Shown here one piece after another: positions 13,700 through 26,439 of a DNA stretch of 64,000 bases; position 1 is the stretch's first letter, and each line of letters opens with the position of its first letter. The stretch spans positions 97,342,001 to 97,406,000 of the forward strand of contig NC_087472.1 of NCBI RefSeq assembly GCF_036321535.1, read 5' to 3'. The DNA comes from Camelus dromedarius (lineage: Eukaryota). The notes beneath the pieces are model-generated. The model was not told the origin of the DNA. It made no database searches and saw only the letters and a list, made by a program, of their open reading frames with translations. A program made the translations under genes and the position numbers.

Positions 13700-14690
13700 T
13701 GTGTAATTTTAAGGATAATGGTACTAAAAGCATAGCAAGTAGAATGAAAATGGCTAAGAGGAAAGTAAACAAAGAGATATCTCAGGAATAAGGCATGCCT
13801 AGCTGCTTTAAATGAATCTGTCTTCAGAACTTGATGAATTACCTACAAAGATACTGGAACAGGTGTTTGTATATGATAAAAAATATAAAACATTTTTGAG
13901 AATTTTGGAAAAAATACGTCTAACAGTCTCCAGTCAGAATACATATGCTGCCAGTGACAATAAAACTAATTTGTGCTTGTTGAAATTACAAAATAGATTG
14001 TTAATAGATTGCTGTTGAGCACTTAGTAAAAAAACAAACAAACAGTTATTACTAGGAGATAGCATGGGTTCACTAACAATAAGTCATGCCAAACTAATCT
14101 TGTTGCACTTTTTAGTTTGAGTTGTAGATAGAAAGATAAGAAAAAAAACTCCATAGACCTAATATATTTTGATTTAAATAATATATTTCACAAATATATT
14201 TTATGAAATCTGTGTATAGAGAAAAAATGGGGAAATGTAGCTGGATGATATTCAGTTAAATGGATTTATGGTTTATCAAACAATTTTAGCTTCTTCCCCC
14301 ACCCCATGCATGGTCCTTATTTCAAAACAAATAAAATGTATAATATCTCTGCCCTTGGTCTTGTCCTACTCAACATTTTAATGATATGTATAATGACATA
14401 GAAGGCGTACTTATCAAATTTGCAGATGACATAAAGCTTGGAGCAATAGCTAATATACTGAGTAACTGAATCTTAATTCAAAACAATCTTGACAGGCTGG
14501 AACTCTGGCCAAAGCTAACAAGATGAAGTTTAATAGTTATAAATGTTAAGTCCGGTATTTAGGTTAAAAAAAAAATCAACTGTACAAATGCTAGGTGAGA
14601 GGAAATTTGGCTTAGGAGCCATTTCTATGAAAAAAAAAAAGCCAGTTATTTTTTCTGCCTATAAACTCAATATGAGCCTCCAACTTCCAT
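13700..14690 (+). mobile_element. CR1/L3 LINE reverse-transcriptase remnant
   Basis: cagcatgggttcact-like segment (atagcatgggttcactaac...tcatgccaaactaatct) and IKFADDIKLG at 14413..14442. Probably continues at ~15130-15400 after MIR and MER5A interruptions. Confidence 0.75.
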
Positions 14691-14699
14691 TGATAGAAG

Positions 14700-15037
14700 C
14701 CTCTTCTTTGAAAAAATATTTGTTACATCCCCACTATGTGCCAACTACATTCGTGATCTTATATAACTCTTATAGTATCTCTCCAAGATAGTCATATTTA
14801 TCCCTACTTTACAGATAAGAAAACTAATGAATTTGTTCATCTGTATGCTGCTATTAAATGTTAGAACTGCAATTCAAATTTAGCTCTCCTATTTCCAGAT
14901 TCAGCATTCCAGTATGGCTTTGCTGCTCAATGTAGAATCTCAGGCTTCACCCCAGACCTACTGAATTATAATCAGAATTTGCATTTTAACTAGATCCTGA
15001 GGGGACACATCTGCACAGTAAAATTTGAGAAGCACTG
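14700..15037. mobile_element. MIR followed by partial MER5A
   Basis: ttacagataagaaaact; cccagacctactgaat...tttgagaagcactg. Confidence 0.7.
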
Positions 15038-15439
15038 TGTTGTATCACACGTGTCTCAAGTTACCATTATAGACAGAAGAAAGTACCATCATTTTGGGAG
15101 GCTGGCTGGTTGACCAGTGGCTTGATCAGGCCTTATGGGATGGCATTACTTTTTTTTATCATGTCTGTCAGTAACCATATCTGCACTAGTTAGATAATAC
15201 CTGAGAACTCTTGCTCATTTCTGTGTGCCAGATTTTAAGATGGAATATTAATAAACTGGCAGGTCCAAGAGACATAATTAAGTGATGAGAGATGTTAAAA
15301 ACAGATTCTAAGAAGAAATGAAGAATTCATGAATGTATAATTTAAGGAGTCTTAAATAGGGTAGGATAATTGTTTTCAAGTATTTTGGGGTGATGTCAAT
15401 AGGAAAAAGTATTATTAACATTTCATTGATTCATCTTCT

Positions 15440-16000
15440 CCATTCTTTTATTTTATTTATCAAATATTTATTGAGTACCTATTGTGTACATGTCTTTGAA
15501 ATATTCATGTCATTAAAATATTAAGTAGGATAAGACCAGAAATATTCTACCTTTAATTTGTTTTGGAGGGAGCGGATAGACTACACTTGGGGTTTGATAA
15601 GCAGCTAGGCATTAAGATTACAATCATAATCTTGAATAAGAAAGGCAAAGTGCTTGTTTTAAAGGAGGCAACAACCCAGTGATTACATAGTACATAATTT
15701 ATTACATGTACAGATAATATGCATGTAAATAAACACATAACAGTATTATTTCAGAAAATTCTAAGTGCTCTTTGGTTAATAGAGAGACTTGGAGGAAACT
15801 AGTTTAGTTTGAAAGTGTCAGGTGGTCAGGGAAGGCCTCTCTGATGATATTTGAGCTAAATCCTGAATGACAAGATGGAGCCAGTCATGTGAAGAGCTAG
15901 TGGAAGAGCCTTCTAGAGACAAGGAAGAGTAAATGCAAAGGTTCTGAGGAAGGAGCAAGTCTGGTGTGGTCTAGGACAGTCCTAAATGGGGCAACATGAA
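15440..16000 (-). mobile_element. L2 LINE 3' region
   Basis: caaatatttattgagtacctattgtg; ggtggtcagggaaggcctctctga...aaatgcaaaggttctgagg. Confidence 0.7.
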
Positions 16001-17689
16001 GAAGAAAGGGCAGGTGTCCAGAGGTAGATTTTGATTCATGGTTTTTGGAAGACCTTCCTACTAATGACAACACAAAGCAATGAAGTGGATAAAAAGCCCC
16101 TTGTCACACATATATTCCAGTGCAAGCTAGATGACTCATTAGGGAATTTACAAGTAAGAGATTGGAAGGGATGTCCTCTAAGTCTTGACCATTTTAAAAA
16201 CCCAGGCTCTGATTGACTTTCATTTTATAGGTTTATAAAAAAATTTTTTTGTTCCTTTTCACTATAGCTCTTCCTACAAAAGAAAACAAAATTGCTAGCT
16301 TTATATGTCTATTTTATTTGTGTTTCTCCCTCTCCCCTTACCCCTTTCGTAATTACATGCATAAATCAATCCCAGGGGAAAATGTGGCTATAATTAAAAC
16401 ACTATATTAGCTTAATCAGAAATAATTAGCCCCTTTGCAGTTATCTCAAGATAGAGTGTAGATGATGATGGCTACAGTACCTTATTTCTCCTCTGTGCCA
16501 CTCTCAGCTATGGTGGCAGACTGAAAAGTAACTGACTGGTTACCATGGTTTCCAGTGGAGGCAATGTACCATGTAATTATTGCATACAGCTATCATTACT
16601 AAATTTTGTATAGCATTTTGATGTAATTCAATAAATAGTTTGAGTCATAGCTCTAGAAGGAGGTGCAACTGCTTATAGGGTAATGTTTCAGGGAATATTA
16701 CATGAAATATTTTTTTCTATACAGGTTGCCTATCAGGGACACTGATGAATAAAATTCTGTAGTAGTTCTAATTGCTTTACTCCTATCACAAGAAAAATTG
16801 GTAAAAGGAAGTTTCAGGTCTGCCTGGGTAGGTAAAGTAGTGTTGATTCAGGTACTAAATGAACCAAAACCTTCATTTGGTTTTGAGCTCGGTACTTAGT
16901 GAATCTTATTTCTTTAGCAGCCTTTAACAATGAAATAAAAACGCATGCTTTGTGAAACATATAATAGGGAAGAAAAAAGAGACTTTTAAACCAATCTACC
17001 ATCTCCTCCCTCCCTACAAATTCCAGAGCAAGTTTCCCCAATTTGTCACCAAGTGCTAACTAATTAAGGAGTTGTCACTTTCCTGGCCTTCTCTCAGTGC
17101 TGTGCACACTACAGGATATAAATGTGGGTGTGAGGGTAATCCTTCATTATATATTCAAGGGAATTGCCAAGTGTTTCCATCTGTATTGTTATCATTTGAA
17201 GATAAATCATTTCAATTTATTTTAATAAAAGGCAAGCAGACATGTATCTATGCTAATCTTCTTCATGCCTTTGATAACCCCTACTTTTAATCGATTTTCC
17301 CAATCACTTGCTTTCTGTATTACTGTGTTAGAAAGCCAAAGTCTTAACTAAGTCACAAATTGGCACCAGCACATGGAAATGGAGAAAGACTGATGCAAAA
17401 CTGTCCTTAACCTTTTTATGAACAATGTATCCTTCTATTAAATTTTTAATTCATCAGAAATAATGTGGGATACTTGTAGGAAGCAACTCATCGACTTCCC
17501 TATCTCATATGTTCTCCTTGTTTTTCTCAAGTGTATGTATGACTTTATGTCCTCTCTGTTACTCAGCATGACGTGGAGTGGATATGAAGAAGTACAAGAA
17601 AGGGGTATTTTACACAGTTCCTTCTCTCAGGAATTCTGCCTGAGGGAAATGAGAAGTGCACACAGTACAGGCAGCATAGTAGGAAGAAC

Positions 17690-17915
17690 ACAGACATCGT
17701 AGTGTATCTAACGTAGAACAAATAAGACCTTCTTGCCATTTTACCTACAGTGCTAATTCACCTCTCTGGGCCTCTAGTCTCCTATGTCAAGTGGAGGTAC
17801 GCAAAGCTGGCTGAGAGGGTACATGCAAGGATTCAGTCTGATAAAATAGTATGTAAAGTGTATAAGTACAGTATGTGGCACATTGTGGGTATTCATTATA
17901 ATACAATAAAAATAA
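17690..17915. mobile_element. MIR SINE
   Basis: ttcacctctctgggcctc...tggcacattgtgggtattca. Confidence 0.55.
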
Positions 17916-19007
17916 TGATGGTCACATATTTTACAGAGATACTGAGCATTATGTAGTTGGGTGGAAAAAGGAATTGGAGTGATTGGGGAAGACATGGATG
18001 AAGTAGGATTTAAACTTAGACTGGAAGGGGTAGGTATGCTCCAAAGGTATGGAAGCAAGGGGAGTGTTTGAAGTGAAGGAAATAGCGTATGCAAGTATGT
18101 GGCTATCTTCACAATTGATTTTTTCCTATCAATTTGACCTTTAGAACTCAATTGTGAAAGAATTGAACTTTGTTTTAGTTTTCAATCTATGTTTGCTTTT
18201 CTACATCTGTAAGGTCATGTTAAGATTTTGTCATGTTGTTTTCTTGTTATTTAAAAAAAAATAGTAAGCACATTTTCTATTCCCACCAAGTATTGGGTGA
18301 AAATATCCTGTGGACCACTCCTAGGACTGCCAAGAAATCAGTACACAAAGATCCACATGTGAGCAAAATTTGGAAAGTGGATCTCTTCTGCAGCGGTTTT
18401 TCTTTAGCCCATTCTGCTCCTGTGTTCCGCCTTCCCCTCTCTCTATAGTTATTCCTTTAATCCAGTTGCTTTATATTGTGCCTTGCTTGTGCTCTCCCAC
18501 CCCATTAAAGCAATCTGATAAATGAATGTCACTGAGCCCAAAAGATGTCTGGCCATAAATGTAGCGCCACTCAGGAAGTATTGCATTTTCAGAGTCAGGC
18601 CAGAAAGAAAAAGTGAACCCTTCATGGTAGGTCCTGTTTTAGGTGATAACTCAGTACTCCTTAAAGTATCATGGATTGGTGACAATCAACCCCAGCTTTG
18701 AATAAGGCAGGTAAGCTAGACATCTGTATTAAAAGTGGGGGCAGCGGTTAAGCCAAATAAGAATGGGGAACTAATGAAGTATGTTTTTAAGGAGATGAGA
18801 GTGTAGTTGAGTGGACTCTTTCCTTGGGAATGGACCTTCATGGATATCATGTTGGTGTGAGAGTCAGCTTTGCCTTCAGAGTCATGGAAGTGTGTCTTTT
18901 CCTGTCCCTTACCCCACTGTACCTATTGAGAGGTGCTCTGAAGAAGAGTGTGTTGCACGTGAACGGTGCTGAGCCAGACGAGCGTTTAAGAAATCTGGTC
19001 TGGACAT

Positions 19008-19409
19008 CTGCAGTAGACACTGTGATGTGCTTCCCAGATCTCTCTTCACTGAAAGATTTGTTTTATCAATTGCTAGGAGGGCTGTCAGCAAATAGCCTTC
19101 AGGAATTGCCACAATTGTGGAGGGCAGTCTTGTTTAAAGTCACATCCCTTCTTGTGGTGGCTTATATCCACTGACTGATTGATGTTGAAGTACAAAGGTG
19201 TGGGCATCTTGGCTGACCTCAGGACCACTCTGTGGGGCAATTCTAGCTCCAGAGTTCAACGTGGGTTCGGCTGAGGCTGCCATTTGGCCTGGATTGTAGC
19301 TTGACCTCTCTCCCTGCCCACTCCTGGGCATTTACTTCTTAAATAAACACCCTGCATGTGGCAAAACTTTACCTCAGAAGGCGATTACTAGGGAACCCAA
19401 ATTGCAACA
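19008..19409 (+). mobile_element. ERVL-type solo LTR (LTR16/LTR33-like)
   Basis: tgcagtagacactgtg...ttaaataaacaccctgca...ctagggaacccaaattgcaaca. Confidence 0.65.
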
Positions 19410-20542
19410 AGATCTTTTCCTTTAGGTTGTCAGTTCCCTGACCAGTGTAATGTGGGACACTGATGTGCAATAAAGGAGATTATGCGTGTTGAGATATTCA
19501 TTTTTTGAGCATTCAGCATGACGGCGTGGGCCTGGCCTAGAGCAAGTGGAAACCCAGCTGGTCATCCAGAGTTACTAAATACCTTGACCACTTATCCCAG
19601 GTGCTGTGCAAACAGTTTTTATTTTGTATATGATCCATTCCGTGTATAGGTTCAATAAAGACACTGTGTTTTCAGGAATCCTCCAAAGATACCATGTTAT
19701 TCTAGGAGGCATAGTTAGTTTTTGCTATTACGCATTATCACCTCAAGGTTGACGTATTTATCAGTTAAACAGTTAGAAACTGAAAGGAAGAACCTAGAAT
19801 TCTGAGGGACTGAGACATATGATAGTTGAGTTTTGTTTGGGAAATAAAAAAGGTTGGGAGTCGATATTGAACATGGAGAAATGTCAAGTTAGGGAGACTT
19901 TACAGATTCTTTACAAATAAATCAAAATAGCTGAAGTTTTCGTTTAGCCTGTGTTCTGCTGTTGCTTTCTCTTTTTTCTACCACCCACTCAGATTTCTGC
20001 ATCTCCAAGAGCTGCACATAACATTTTTTCATAATACATTATATTAATTTCACAGCTACACTTTAAATAGAGGCACAGCTGCACTTGTCATTGAACAGTG
20101 TATGAAATAACCTTGGAGTAGTAACTTATTTATTCTTACTGTGGCTTGAGTTTAATTGTATGTGGGTTTTGCCTTAACTTATAAAAGGTATTTGTACAAT
20201 CCTCATTAATAACTGTAATTCCAGAAGTTAAAAGTTATAATAAGAGTTTACATTTTGATAACACTGTTCATACTAGTACCTGAAGTACTTTAAAAAAAGG
20301 AATTCTAAAGGGCAAAACTGCTATTATTTGGGTTTTAAATATTTGTAGGCTTTGGATAGAAGGAATTATTCCAAAGTCATTTGGGGATAGAAAAGGGTTT
20401 TTCTTTGTTTACTTCAGCTCCCAATAAGGTTGCTTCCTTTAGAAGAGAAAGAACAACATGGCAGTGCTGGCAGGGAGGGCTAATCTTGCATACGTTTAAG
20501 CTATTCTTGAAGTTATTGCAATATTATATTTTAAGCTGTCTA

Positions 20543-20753
20543 CCAGTGGTGTGCTGGAGCTGGTTCCCACCACCTGGAGACTGCTCACTGTGGCATATCT
20601 TTTCTCAGTGCTGTGTCCAGTAGCATCATGTTGGTAATTTAAAATTAGTTATGGTCAAAGTATTTATACCAGTGCAAAAGTTTTAAAAATCAGGACTTTC
20701 CCCTACCCTATCCCAAGAGAGCTAGTTGTTAAATATTTACCGGTATATTACTG
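20543..20753. mobile_element. MER63-like hAT transposon
   Basis: cagtggtgtgctggagctgg ... gttaaatatttaccggtatattactg termini. Confidence 0.65.
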
Positions 20754-21599
20754 CCATCTACTTATATCCTGCATGGTACAAATTATAGTCTTACATGGAA
20801 AAAATTTAAAGACATAGTATATAAAATGCAAAAGAATGGGTGATTAGTCCTTTCTAAAGTTCAAATGCATCCAGAATCTGGCATCTTGATGAAGGCTGGA
20901 TGAACACACAAGTTTTGGGTAACTTCAGGAAGGTAACTCCTCTGCATCTTATCCTATGCCTCAGATTCAACACTCTCCAACATTAATGCCTCTTTTTATG
21001 AGTTTTCTATGGCCAAGCTTATGTTCACTCTAAGAAAGGAAACAAAGCACTTTCCTCAGGGGACTGAGGTGACTTTGCTTTTGAGTCTGAAGCTATTGTA
21101 TCTGAGGTGAACAAGAATGACTTCATTAATGTGTGATTAAGCTCACTTGAATTTTGGCACAAATCATTTGCTTAGCTTTAAGTATGTTTGTTCAGGGTGT
21201 AGCTAGAGGGTGATGAAGGAGTATCTAGCAGTTGATGGGTAGGGAGAGATCATGATATGCCCATTCAGAAAGACGGTTAGAAATCTGAAAATCCTACCAC
21301 TATCCTATGAAGCCACCCTCTTTCCCTGCTCAGGGTGTGTGAAGTCTAGCATTATAAGACACTTCTCAGCATAGAAATTTTGCAGGTGATATTTTAACAC
21401 AATTTTAACATAAAATATGAAACTTTCCATGTATCTATACTTTGACTATTACATTTGAGAGGTTTATAGTCATTATATGCCCTCCATTTTGCTCCTCACT
21501 GAACCCTTGATAGTTCTTTATCTTAATAGGTATAATTACCTCCATACAGATAGCCCAAAGTATTATAAAAAGATTATAAACTTGCCAGTGCATTTGATT

Positions 21600-22620
21600 G
21601 TAATATCTGTTATACTATACAAAACAAATGAAAGCTTGAAGTAATAGACAGTAAGTAAAATAATGATACAAATAAGACTGTGAAACAATGGGTTAAGGCG
21701 GCAAGATCACAGAAAATTCCTTTCCTAAAACCTCATAACTAAACAGAAAAAGTAATTTTTTTGTCCAAGAAAGGGTCAAAAATAAATAAGCAGAAACTAG
21801 GCAAAGAAAATAAGACAAGCTTATGACATCAAGTTCAAAACGGGTGTTACAGTTGAAAAATTGTGTTCTAGAGCAGCAGAAGGTAACACTTAGCAAAGGA
21901 GGATTCAATAAAATCCTAAGAGTTCCCCTTAATACCACTCAGCTTGGGGGAAAATATAGTAAGGAGATAAACAATACTGGGAAAAATCAAGATAAAAATC
22001 TGTAACTATATGCTCTTACATTCAGGGGCAAGAAGACTGTGAGGTTTTTTTTTTCCAACGAATTGTCCAAAGTTAAGAAAACAGTCTCAGTGGATTGGGC
22101 CTTGGTACAGGATTTCAGAAGAGAAAAAGGAGCAAAAAAAGATAGTATGTTTCTAGCTTATAAATAAATGAAAAAGAAACAGCCTAAAATGAAATTTAGT
22201 ATAAAATCTGGGGAAGAAAAATATTTAGAGATATGATAGAGGAAGATTACCTGGAAGTAAAGATTAAAATGTAAAGGAGCATGCCTTATAGCAGGAAAAA
22301 TTATTTGGAGTTAATGAAACTGAGACACATTCTGGTTAACCTGTTGTACTTCAGAGTAAAGATGCAATTCTTAAAGAATCACAGTTCATCATATGTTCAG
22401 GCAGATAAATTAATTCACAAGTAGAAAAAAATCAAGGCCGTCTTATAGTTCTTCATGATTAACATTTAATGCCGTAAGACAATAGTGAGATTCCTGTAAG
22501 TTCCAACAAAAAAGAAAATGGACCCAAGAATATTACTCATAGCCAAGTAATTTTTCAAAATGCCACAGCAGACACTCCTAGACTGGAAAGAACTTGGGAA
22601 GTTCTTAGAAATCAAAACAA
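21600..22620 (+). mobile_element. Very old L1M ORF1-region remnant
   Basis: A-rich, with cccaagaatattactcatagccaag resembling L1 ORF1 PRILYPAK. Confidence 0.45.
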
Positions 22621-22819
22621 AAACTCTCAGAAATAGTATCCCCAAATGAGATTAAACATTTTAGGGGCTGCAGATGAAATGCTTTGGGCAGTGGGAAGAA
22701 AAATGTTAAGTGTGATAACCACCTTACCTTCCATAATGTCTGGTCACATCTGAAACTGAAGCAAGTACATTAAAAAAATAATGATTCCAAACTTTAAATG
22801 TTTCCCAATTTTTTTCCTT

Positions 22820-22975
22820 AATATTTTCAAATTTGACACTATTGACGTTTTAGGCTGGATGATTCTTTGTTGTGGGGGCTGTCTTTTGCATTGTAAGTTG
22901 TGGTGTCCAAAAATGTTGTCAGACACCACTAAACATTCCCTAGGTGACAAAATATCTGTGTGCGAATCAGTGCAT
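22820..22975. mobile_element. MER20 hAT transposon (internally deleted)
   Basis: cactattgacgttttaggctggatgattctttgttgtgggggctgtc...tcagacaccactaaa. Confidence 0.7.
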
Positions 22976-25900
22976 TAGATGCGTCTTTTAGAAACAAGTT
23001 TTTTTTGTGTGTGTGACAAAGGAACCGTTTTATTCAGCATTTTCTTGAGCTTCACTTTTGTTCTGTTAAGTTTTAGTGGAACTAAATTTAGTATTTCAAA
23101 AAAGTAGTTTGTCGTTTATATGAATCCATTGTTAAAGTAATTCTGCCTATTTATCTATGTCAATCAATCATGTGCCTATTAATCTCTCTTTGTATCTGTG
23201 TATATGTACAGGGAGATGCTCATAAAATTATAAGAGTAGATATGTGGTTGATGACATTTTAGTTTAATTTCTTTTTAAAGTATTGCTTGATTTTTTAAAG
23301 GTTAGCAAAATACATATTTTGGTAAAAAGTAAAACTATTACTCTAAAAATTATATAGATATGCTTCATTTTATAATTCATTTATATAACAAAGCCTTGTC
23401 ATAGTCTTTTGAAATATACATAGCCTTTAATACATTCTACTTTGTGCAATTGAATTGAATAGAATAATTGAAAAAATGTATTAAAAGATTGCAACACCAA
23501 AATTTCCAAAGCAGCCCAGATACCCTCCCTATTAGTAGAAAATCAGCTTAATAAATGGTGATATAGCCTATTCAATAGAATTATAGTCAATCTATTGATA
23601 ATAAGATTGCAGAGGAATATTTATTACATAGAAAGGTATTAATGTTACGTTAAATGAAAGAAGTAGGTTTTTAAATGTTAAAAACCTACTTTTAACCTAC
23701 TATATTATTCCTTGTTCATATAAAATGTTATATTATAGGTATAAAAAAAGCTGCTACTCTACACATCAAAGTTTTTATCTCCAGGTGATAGGTGGCTTTT
23801 ATTCATTATTTTTAATATTTCTATTTTTTATTTTCTATATTGGAAACTTTATTAAAATCATATTATAAATTTGTAGTAAGAAATACTATCAAATACTTTT
23901 AATCTCAGAATGAAGATACTATCATAGGTATCCATGCTCTTCAGGTACCCTTGATTTCCAGTATTAAAATATTAACCTAAATTTCCTCCTGACCTTCTTT
24001 GCTCAAGAGTATATGATGGGAATGGACATTAGACAAGATGAGTTTACAGGAATGAATGCTGATCATTTGTTTTGGACCAAAAAATTATATGACAATCCAA
24101 TAAAACAGAACAGATCCTGAGAATAGCTCCTTAGGAAAAACAGCAACATCAAAATCCCAAGGAGGAGAAGATGGGCAGAAACATTTCAATACCTAGATTA
24201 ATTGTGGAAGAGAGACAAGGACAGAACTAACCAGGAGAGAAGGATTGGCTTGGGGGTGAGGCACTTATGTGCTGGGCAACCATATGTAACCAGTTTTCTG
24301 CTTCTTTCTGCTTCTGCTTCCTCACCTTGCACATGAGTGTGCCAATGCATGTACAGATCATTGGTGTGCAGAACCCTATAAAAATGCAATAAAGCAGTCA
24401 GGTCCAATACCCATGGTACCCTGTGCACATCGGAGATGTCTCATAGAATTTCTAGGGCATCTTTTTCTGAAAACATTTATCTTAAAACATTTATTTTACA
24501 AATGAATCTTATTTTTTCCTTATTCATATAATGAACACACACATTTATACATATATGTATGATTGTATACATACAATCATATGTATATGATCACTTGTAT
24601 AGTACTGGATCCATTGGCAATTATAAACTACCACTCTTCAGCTTAATAATTTTTGTAACTTTGGTTTTTGCAAAGGATATTTTCTTAAATCAGCATTTAT
24701 GAACTTTGTTTTTCTTTATGTAACTAAAAAGAAAACTAAAGATGTGGGAACTGAGAAACCTGGGTTGTATTCTTGAAATTGCCATTATGATTCATGAAGT
24801 AGTGATTTCTTCAACGAAACTAAAATATTGGCTTAGTTACTTTAAATTTCAAAATGGAAAAAAATGGTCTAGTACATGACATACTTCTATTCACATAGTC
24901 AATAGCAGAGTTTACACTAGAAATCAAATATTCTGATTTGTGGAGAAGTATATGGACCACTAAATGGGTAGCCTCTTTCATGCATGCAAAGTACCATAAC
25001 GTTTTTCTTCATTCTGTGTCTTAATTCACTATTGATCACCTTTGCCCTCATCTTTCAGCAAAGTCATTCCAAGCATTACAGTCAACTATATAGTGAAACC
25101 TTACGTTTTTCTGGAAAGTTGGTGCCTTCCTGGACACTGTCCATAACTATTTCTGGGTAAGAGTAGTTCAGAGTGGAGACCAGAAAAAGTACCTGCAATT
25201 GAATGTCAAGGGCATGGACGGTAGAATTTGACCTAGCAGAAAGCCCATGATCAACCTTCCAAGGCACTCAGAATAGTCAAACTACGGAAATAAAAGCCTA
25301 TAAATTCAATGGAAAAAGGTCATCATATGAACAAGGCAGTATTTATTTTTTGTTAATTTCTCTAGACTTTTTAATGTAATTATATTAGTTGCCTTAGAGA
25401 GAGAACATAAGAACATAATGCTATGAAGCAGCCTGAAATTATAGTTACAGATAATTTCTGTACTATCTCCCACACCCCATTTACCCATTGATATTAGATC
25501 ATCCTGGTTATTTGTAAGTTGCTGTTAAGTTTCTGTTGTAAGATTTCTGATTTGAAATGAAGAAAAGTAATACAGTGCTAGTTCTCACTAACCAACCATG
25601 AACTGTGTTTTGGGTATTGCCTTTGAATTTTTTGAGCATTGTGACAGGCTATATAGATCTATTAAATTTCTTTGCTGATAGTAGCAGCATTTTATAGACT
25701 ACTTCACTTGCCCTCTTCTTTGTTAGAGTTGAGGACTGAAGGAGCTTATGTTACCATGCAAAATAGCTGTTATACACAGGCCATGTAGTAGGGAGCCCAA
25801 ATCCAACTGCTAACTAATTGGAATGTCTGTTTAACCCAAATTATGGGCAGATTCCTGCCAAGGTCTGTCTCTAAGTTTGTGATGATGTGAACATGTTCCT

Positions 25901-26439
25901 GAATAAAAAGAAAGAAAAGCATTTGTCACTAAAGGACAAATGAATTTTTATCTCTTCAAATAGCTTTTTTTTAAGGTTTCTTGTGTTTATTTTTCCTGCT
26001 TAGCTGAAATGTTGGTAGTTTTTATACTTTTAAATATAAATTATTTTGTAGTTTAAATCGACATTTTCTTCAGTAGGAACTGGGACAGATGAAATTAGTT
26101 TATTGTTGTTGAATATTTCTATAAGAAATGTAAAATGATTTTCATCTGTAACTACAATTATACATCTGAATTAAATATAACTCTTAATAAGGTATTATGT
26201 ATATCTTCTTTAAGAAAAATAAAAAATATTAATTACTACTTACCAATAGCTTTAGGATTTGAAAAACTAATAATCCATATTAATAATTATTATCAATCAT
26301 AAAAATTTATATTAAGCCTACTATGTGTTAGGCTGGAGATATAGTAGTGAAAAAGACAAAATCCATGTCCCCACTGCCTTTCTATTCTAACTCATTAAAA
26401 AGTAAGTCCTGAACAAAGAGCCAAAGACCATAAAATGTC

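Noticed and set aside
16736..19465. Shared 12-mer gggacactgatg after two acceptor-like sites (16736, 19454)
   Set aside because: On the order of a hundred 12-mer pairs are expected by chance in 64 kb, and similarity does not clearly extend.
24547..24590. Palindromic TA/CA-rich tract
   Set aside because: Low-complexity sequence where self-complementarity is expected.
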